Source: Tubiluchus corallicola (taxonomy: Eukaryota > Animalia > Priapulida). Taken from it: a stretch of DNA of 64,000 nt. The DNA lies in NCBI GenBank assembly GCA_030141605.1, contig JAQGDQ010000329.1:1-64000 (forward strand), read 5' to 3'. Below, piece after piece: positions 58,352-64,000 of the stretch. The notes under the pieces are model-generated. The model worked only from the letters and a program-made list of their open reading frames with translations, was not told the DNA's origin and did no database searches. The position numbers and the translations under genes were made by a program. The first letter of the stretch is position 1. Every line of letters starts with the position of its first letter.

Positions 58352-58755
58352 GGGTACTGAAGTAGGTTTCAGGAAAATCGCGTTAAAAATTATATTACCT
58401 TACAGCAATTTTATGCAAATATCGTACTTACGTCAAAAGGAATTTTCATTCTCCCGCAATACTGTTCTAAGGGCTCCATTACATGACGTCACCTATGCAA
58501 ATGTAAATCAGGGGAAGAAAAGGTAATGTTAAATTTTGTCCCCAAAAAAACTTTCCGTGCAAATCTGCATTACTTAGCATGGGGCTTAACTGCTTGAAAG
58601 ACTTATATAACTAGAAATAATAAGTTAATATGTTTGTGCCAATTGGCAAAATGTCGTTGACTCTCTTTCCAGGGTGCGCCACTCACTAGCCAAAAACGTA
58701 TTTTTAGTCTTATTGACAAACCCAGTAATTTAGAATTTTACTTAGTAGCAACATT
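58352..58755 (+). repeat. Copy of the 8303-8870 dispersed repeat family
   Basis: Colinear similarity to 8304-8570. Confidence 0.65.
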
Positions 58756-58799
58756 AGATTGATATATTAATGATTTAAGGCCTGCTTGTGACATATTAG

Positions 58800-60200
58800 C
58801 CCTCCAAGAAACGAAAATTTCAAATGCTTTTGTTAAACCAATAAAGATGCCGCAGGTAAGCAATTTTTTGTCTAGGTTTGTCAGCAAATTGTCTATGATT
58901 TCAGCAGTTGCTAATATTGTGGAATGATTTTTGCGGAAACCGAATTGAAAACACGATATTGTATCATTTTTGATTAAATGTCATCAGGCGTTTATATAAG
59001 ATTGACTCAAAAATTTTGGCAATGGGTGATATGAGTGAGATGGGTCGGTAGTTGTTCAGCTCATTTGGATCATCTTTTTTTATATATGGGGATTACTTTT
59101 GCCAGTTTTAAAGTGTCGGGGAATGTCCCAGTCAGAATTGATGCATTAAACAGATTTGTAAGTGGAGTTAAAATTGTGTTTTTTGACATTTTGAAATATG
59201 TAATTGGTATATCATATCATAAGGGCCTTTTGCTTTATTGGGATCTAGTCTATCAATAACTAGGGAAATCCCGATTTCGCTAACTGGCGTGATATAGAAA
59301 GAATTTTCTTGGAGATGCATTAAATAGTCTGTATACTTACAGTTTTGGGGTTGTGTTATGCGTGATGCCAGTGATATACCAATGTTTGCAAAAAACCAGT
59401 AAAAGCATTAGCTTTATGGTGCGGGTCACACGAAGTTGTGCCTTGATAACAAACTTTAGTTGGCATTATACTAGTCGTCTTTTTTATGGCCAAATCACAT
59501 TGAAAACATCGGTTCTCGTCTGATCGGTAAGTTAGGTAACGTAGAGCCGGTTAGTGCTTGGATAGGTGACCGCCTAGGAATACCAGGTGCAGGATGCCCA
59601 CACTGTATGTGTAGAGGAGTAAACCTTCCAAATCAGGAGTGGAGCCCCGAAGGCGGACCAGTGCAGCATGCTCACTGACTCCGGCAGATCCTGCAGCCAA
59701 CCTTGTGCCAGACGTATCGCTCCGCTTTCCTTTGGACTACACCAGTGAGGAAGAGAGGGGGTTCCTGTTGTCTGGGCAACTCGGGATCTCCATACACCGT
59801 GCCCAGGCGTGCGCCCTGGAGAGGCCACTCCAGTGGTTCAAGGATCGGAATGCTCAGCCGATGCTGCAGCTCCATCAATGTGATCAATAACTTACTCTCT
59901 TGGCGCACATTCCAATGTCTTCCGAGACAGAAGGATACCAACAAGTCGTCGTTTTTTAATTTTGAGAGGTTCATTAATAGTGCTCCAAGTTTGTTTCATG
60001 TTATTTTTGTTTGCAAGCAAGATCTGAGAGTAATCCTTCTTTTTGGATGCATGTTTGATGTGATTAAGTTTGTTAGAATATGTTTTATATAAATTTTGCT
60101 TATACAGCGAGTTGGATAACTTGTGTGTTGCACACATACGGCTTCTTGTTTTAATAGAGTTGAGAATGCCAGGAGTGATCCATGGTTTGGCTATAGTTTT
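58800..60200 (-). mobile_element. Degenerate CR1-like LINE ORF2 (pre-RT and RT N-terminal), interrupted by the 5S-SINE
   Basis: Minus-strand pieces PWITPGILNSIK, NNMKQTWSTINE, FANIG, GTFPDTLKLAKVIPIYKK, QFGFRKNHST and GIFIGLTKAF, with frameshifts. Confidence 0.8.
59485..59943 (+). mobile_element. 5S rRNA-headed SINE (SINE3-type) with target-site duplication
   Basis: 59485-59590 aligns by eye to 5S rRNA (TTGAAAACATCGGTTCTCGTCTGATC...AAGTTAGGTAACGT...GGTTAGTGCTTGGATAGGTGACCGCCTAGGAATACCAGGTGC), followed by a GC-richer body of about 350 bp. Flanked by AGTCGTCTTTTTTA (59473-59486) and AGTCGTCGTTTTTTA (59944-59958); interrupts a LINE reading frame. Confidence 0.8.
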
Positions 60201-61759
60201 TGAGTTTATCAGCCTTTATAAAAAATAAAAAGGTTTTAAATCGAGTAGACGCGATCTTATGCTTTTAGTTAACCTTTACGTATTCCGAGCAGTTTGCAAT
60301 TATCGACTGTTTCACTAAATCCCAAGTCTAAACTCTGGGATAATAGTTTAAGCTCGACCGTTGAGGTACTCATCATGTTAGAATAAATTAATAAAAATAT
60401 ACTGAAAATTTAATAATAATTGCATCAGTCATGATAAAACTGAGTATAAGGAGTAAAGAGTTAAATCAGGCCACCTGCAACAGCCTTTATTTTGTTTCTC
60501 CAAACGCAAAAAGTACTAATTGTTACATTAGCAAGTATATAATAGTATATAAGTAGATATATAATAACACGGAGATAATTGACAACAATAGGTACAATTG
60601 ATGAAATCACCCACAGCAAGGAAAATAAAAGATACATAACATTTCAGTTTTCTATTGTGAACTATGTTAAGGTAAAAATGAAAAAGTACAAACTATTATT
60701 TTTTACCAGGTGCATTTTGCAATTGCCCAAGCCATACTGTTATACATTTGTGATATAACATAATATATATAGTAGTTTCGAGAGCTTTTAGCTTGTGTCA
60801 AATGTCTTGCGAAGAACTCAAGTGCCACACAAATACGGTCATTAAAGATGTAAAGAATGTATGCTAGTTGTGTCTCATAGTTAAAAATCTTCCACAGTAG
60901 ATGGCACTGCATCTCACTTGGCTCTTTCCGCTTCTTCCAAGACAATCACTGCTTCATCAGGTTTAGGCACTGCTGAAACGATTGTACAAACAGATTCAAG
61001 CTTCATTCTAAAACGACTTTTCTATGACAATAGATGGCGATACAGCGGTAGGTAATAGTAATGGCAAAGAGATTGATAATGAAATCTTAATAGCAAAGTG
61101 TAGATAATGCCATCTACGATCTGTTACACGTACAACAACATTCTTTGAGAATATTCTTTTTGTGCGGCCTAAATTTACCGCAAACATATAGGATTTTTAT
61201 GTTATTATTTGACTTTGATAATGTGTGCAAGCACTTCAATTCTTTTTTTAATAACTAATATTTGCATTTGTATGCTGCAGTCGACGAGGAAGCCTTTAAG
61301 ATCCCCGCTAACAGTCTTTGGTGGACCTTGTTTGCGTTTACAGATTATGCAGGGCTTAAATTGTTTGCAATAACGGTTATTTATAATTTATCGTAGTTAC
61401 AGTTACCCATTGCCACAAGAGTTATGAAAATGACAAAAATTGCCCCCAAATATTTTAAAATTAGTTAACCTCGGTATGTGTATCTGTGACCGTACTTTCT
61501 TGGTGCCATATTGCTTCGTCACTTGTTCACACCTGCAAATAAATTCACAAAAACAGGTTAATCTGAATTTAATTTTGCCCGTGCTAGTTTCCATACATTA
61601 GTTTGCAGATCTGATCAGACCAATTTTTCACATGGATTGGGATCGCAAGGTTTCAATATCTTTCTCACACCTAAATTCAACGTTGTAAGAAATGAAAACT
61701 TGGTTCACAATAACATTGAATGATTTGTTACCAACTGAAACTCTTTTTTTCTGTGTGTG

Positions 61760-61797
61760 TCTCTCTCTCCTCTCTCTCTCCTTCTCTTTCTCTCTCC

Positions 61798-61877
<80 letters not shown>

Positions 61878-61895
61878 CTCTTTCTCCTCTCTGTC
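61760..61895. repeat. (CT)n microsatellite
   Basis: Seen directly. Confidence 0.95.
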
Positions 61896-62626
61896 TCACC
61901 AATGTTAAAAAATATTAAGAACGCGTCCGCGAAAAGACCATGCAAAATCGAAAAATTCCGGCACAAGGCTAGGTAACCGATTCGGACCAAAGTTCGGGTA
62001 TGAGGTCCACTAGTCACTAGTATTCACTATGTGAATCCGTTTGGTCCAACTCCTCATAGTAGCAGAGGTACGGCATAGGCCGATTTGCATGAAAAATACC
62101 TATTTTTCTCTTTTTTTACTCATATTTGAAGGATTAGCCATGCAGCAACCACTGAGTTTGAATAGATCTGACTCTGCACAGTATTGGATCTTGTTATCTT
62201 CTCCAAAATGACATTTCGACTTTTGTCCCAAACCCCCCTCTTTCGGCTCTACTGGGGGGTCTTTAAGCTCACATTACGTACAAGATGCAAATACTCGGTC
62301 ATTTCAAAGTCTTATATCTCACCCACTGCGGGGGCGGGGACAAAAATATCGATATGTATGTGAATAGAGCTTCCCATCCCACTATGCTGTAGTGACAATT
62401 TCGATGGAACGAATTTCCACCCTATTATAAATGACCTCTGAAAAAGGCATATATCAGGGTGAAAATATAGGTAACAACCTTCATCAAAAAGCTTCGTGTA
62501 GATAAACATGAGTTGTCAAATCTTGTCAAAATACTTCAAAACGCCATAAATATTCATCTTTGGCAACTAGGGGCCTGGTCAGCACATTGGTTAAACTACC
62601 GACAGGATTGGACTCCAGCATTCAAG

Positions 62627-62826
62627 ATGGCGGCCACTGCTGAACTAAAATGTTCGTTTTCTGGGCTGTTTACCAGCGTTAAATGCGGTATTCTGACTAG
62701 TTATCCGCACGAAACGAGTATTGTGAATCTATTAACCTGTACTAAAGACACTAGACCACATTTAGAGCGCTTCCATCTTCAAACAAATGAAATATCCACG
62801 GAATGGAAATTGTTTGCAAGGACTGG
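62627..62826 (+). mobile_element. Possible N-terminal fragment of a DNA-transposon-associated Cys-rich protein
   Basis: AAGATGGCG start context and a C-S-F-x7-C-G...L-x2-C-x-K-D-x3-H...ARTG pattern recalled from invertebrate transposon-borne ORFs; isolated and unverified. Confidence 0.25.
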
Positions 62827-64000
62827 AAAATGTTTTATGTACTGTTTATTTTCTATGCTTTGTAGATGTTATGTACAGGTTATTACCTCGTTATTATTCA
62901 TTGTCTTACATAGACGTACAAACCAGGACACAAAGAAAATTGCCCTAAATCTGAGCGAATGCCCAAAAACTATGGGACAAACTTCCCCACAAAATATCAT
63001 TTGTCCGGTGATTTTTTGACTGTAAAACATCGAAAATTTTTGTGCCATTGGCGCAATTATTCAATCACACTATTATCAATTTTTTTTGTCAGAAATATCG
63101 ATTTTGTGCCACAAATAAATTTTGGGCGAAGAAAAATTTTCTAAGCTAAATATCACCGCCATCCCCTTAGAAGCGGCCCATATGCTTATATTGTCTCGTG
63201 TTTAGACTGTAAGATTTTCGCTTTATCACTTTCCCCATGATATATTTGTCTATATTTCTGTATCTATCTTCTAGGGATAATGTACCTGCATCGATAATTC
63301 TTTCTCTATTATTTAGATATTATGGTTTTGATTACTTGTACTACTCTTCAGTGATAGGATTATGCTGCTACAATAGGAAGAGTATTTCGGACTTAGAGAA
63401 ATTAATTCTGACTGAGTTTTGTAGTTTTTCATTTTTGTACTGATATTCATAATCTTCTCTGTATAGCCATGAAGCTTATTCATATAAAAAGTATAAAAAA
63501 TTAATGGATTTCTATTTTATATGTATATACCGAATATGGTCAGATTTTTTCGCTAGCAAGACTCTCAATCTTAACAATCGGTACTTCTTTTCTAAAAGAG
63601 GGCTTATTGTTTAGTCTTTCCTGGTATCCGCTAGCGATTCAGTGTGTAGAGAATGCCCTGAATCAGGGTCGGACTCGGTACTAGGGGCATGCATGATGTC
63701 CTGTCCTGAAATCCATCAGAAGAGGCAATTATTCATATTTGTAGTCATATGAAAATTCCGACATAACTAAATCAATTTAAGATGAAATTCGCAAATTTCT
63801 AGCAATTTCCATGGCAAAGGAATCTATTGCTACTAGGAAATTAGAGCACTAGTCACAGAAAATGCTGGTTAAACGTGGTCTACTGTCATATACGACCTGA
63901 GCCAAGTATGTCTGCTTTTTACACATGGACGGAATTACTATGGAAAGTAAAAAAGTGTGTTGATATGGCAATTTTTTCTAACAGTGCCCCTCTATATAAT

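Noticed and set aside
57960-58526. 188-aa ORF as a real gene
   Set aside because: Chimera of AT-rich intergenic sequence, the annexin fragment and a dispersed repeat; non-ATG start.
59485-59590. Functional 5S rRNA gene
   Set aside because: Several substitutions and a small deletion, missing 3' stem and oligo-T terminator, fused to an unrelated body and flanked by a TSD.

Overview
AT-rich, repeat-dense eukaryotic genomic DNA from an invertebrate animal (probably a protostome; inferred from gene families and GT-AG introns). It is not prokaryotic, and most ORF-track entries are microsatellite translations. Three genes can be reconstructed by eye. (1) A rhodopsin-class neuropeptide GPCR of the CCHamide/EP/bombesin-endothelin group with a single coding exon (+, 2232-3326). 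(2) A two-exon DN-cadherin-like (type III classical) cadherin (+, 21805-22357 joined to 23693-29286). It has an in-frame TGA-CAA before the last EGFs and TM, appears to lack about four EC repeats, and has a truncated cytoplasmic tail. (3) A 10-coding-exon secreted GH16 beta-1,3-glucanase/LGBP-like gene (-, 57019-46976, 391 aa, EIDLVE motif intact). Between them are LINE fragments, MITEs, a Helitron, a solo LTR, a TSD-flanked 5S-rRNA-headed SINE, a twister-ribozyme-like motif heading an RTE remnant, an orphan annexin fragment, local segmental duplications and many mini/microsatellites, some being tandem arrays of transcription-factor-like motifs. Family assignments come from recalled motifs; no database search was run.
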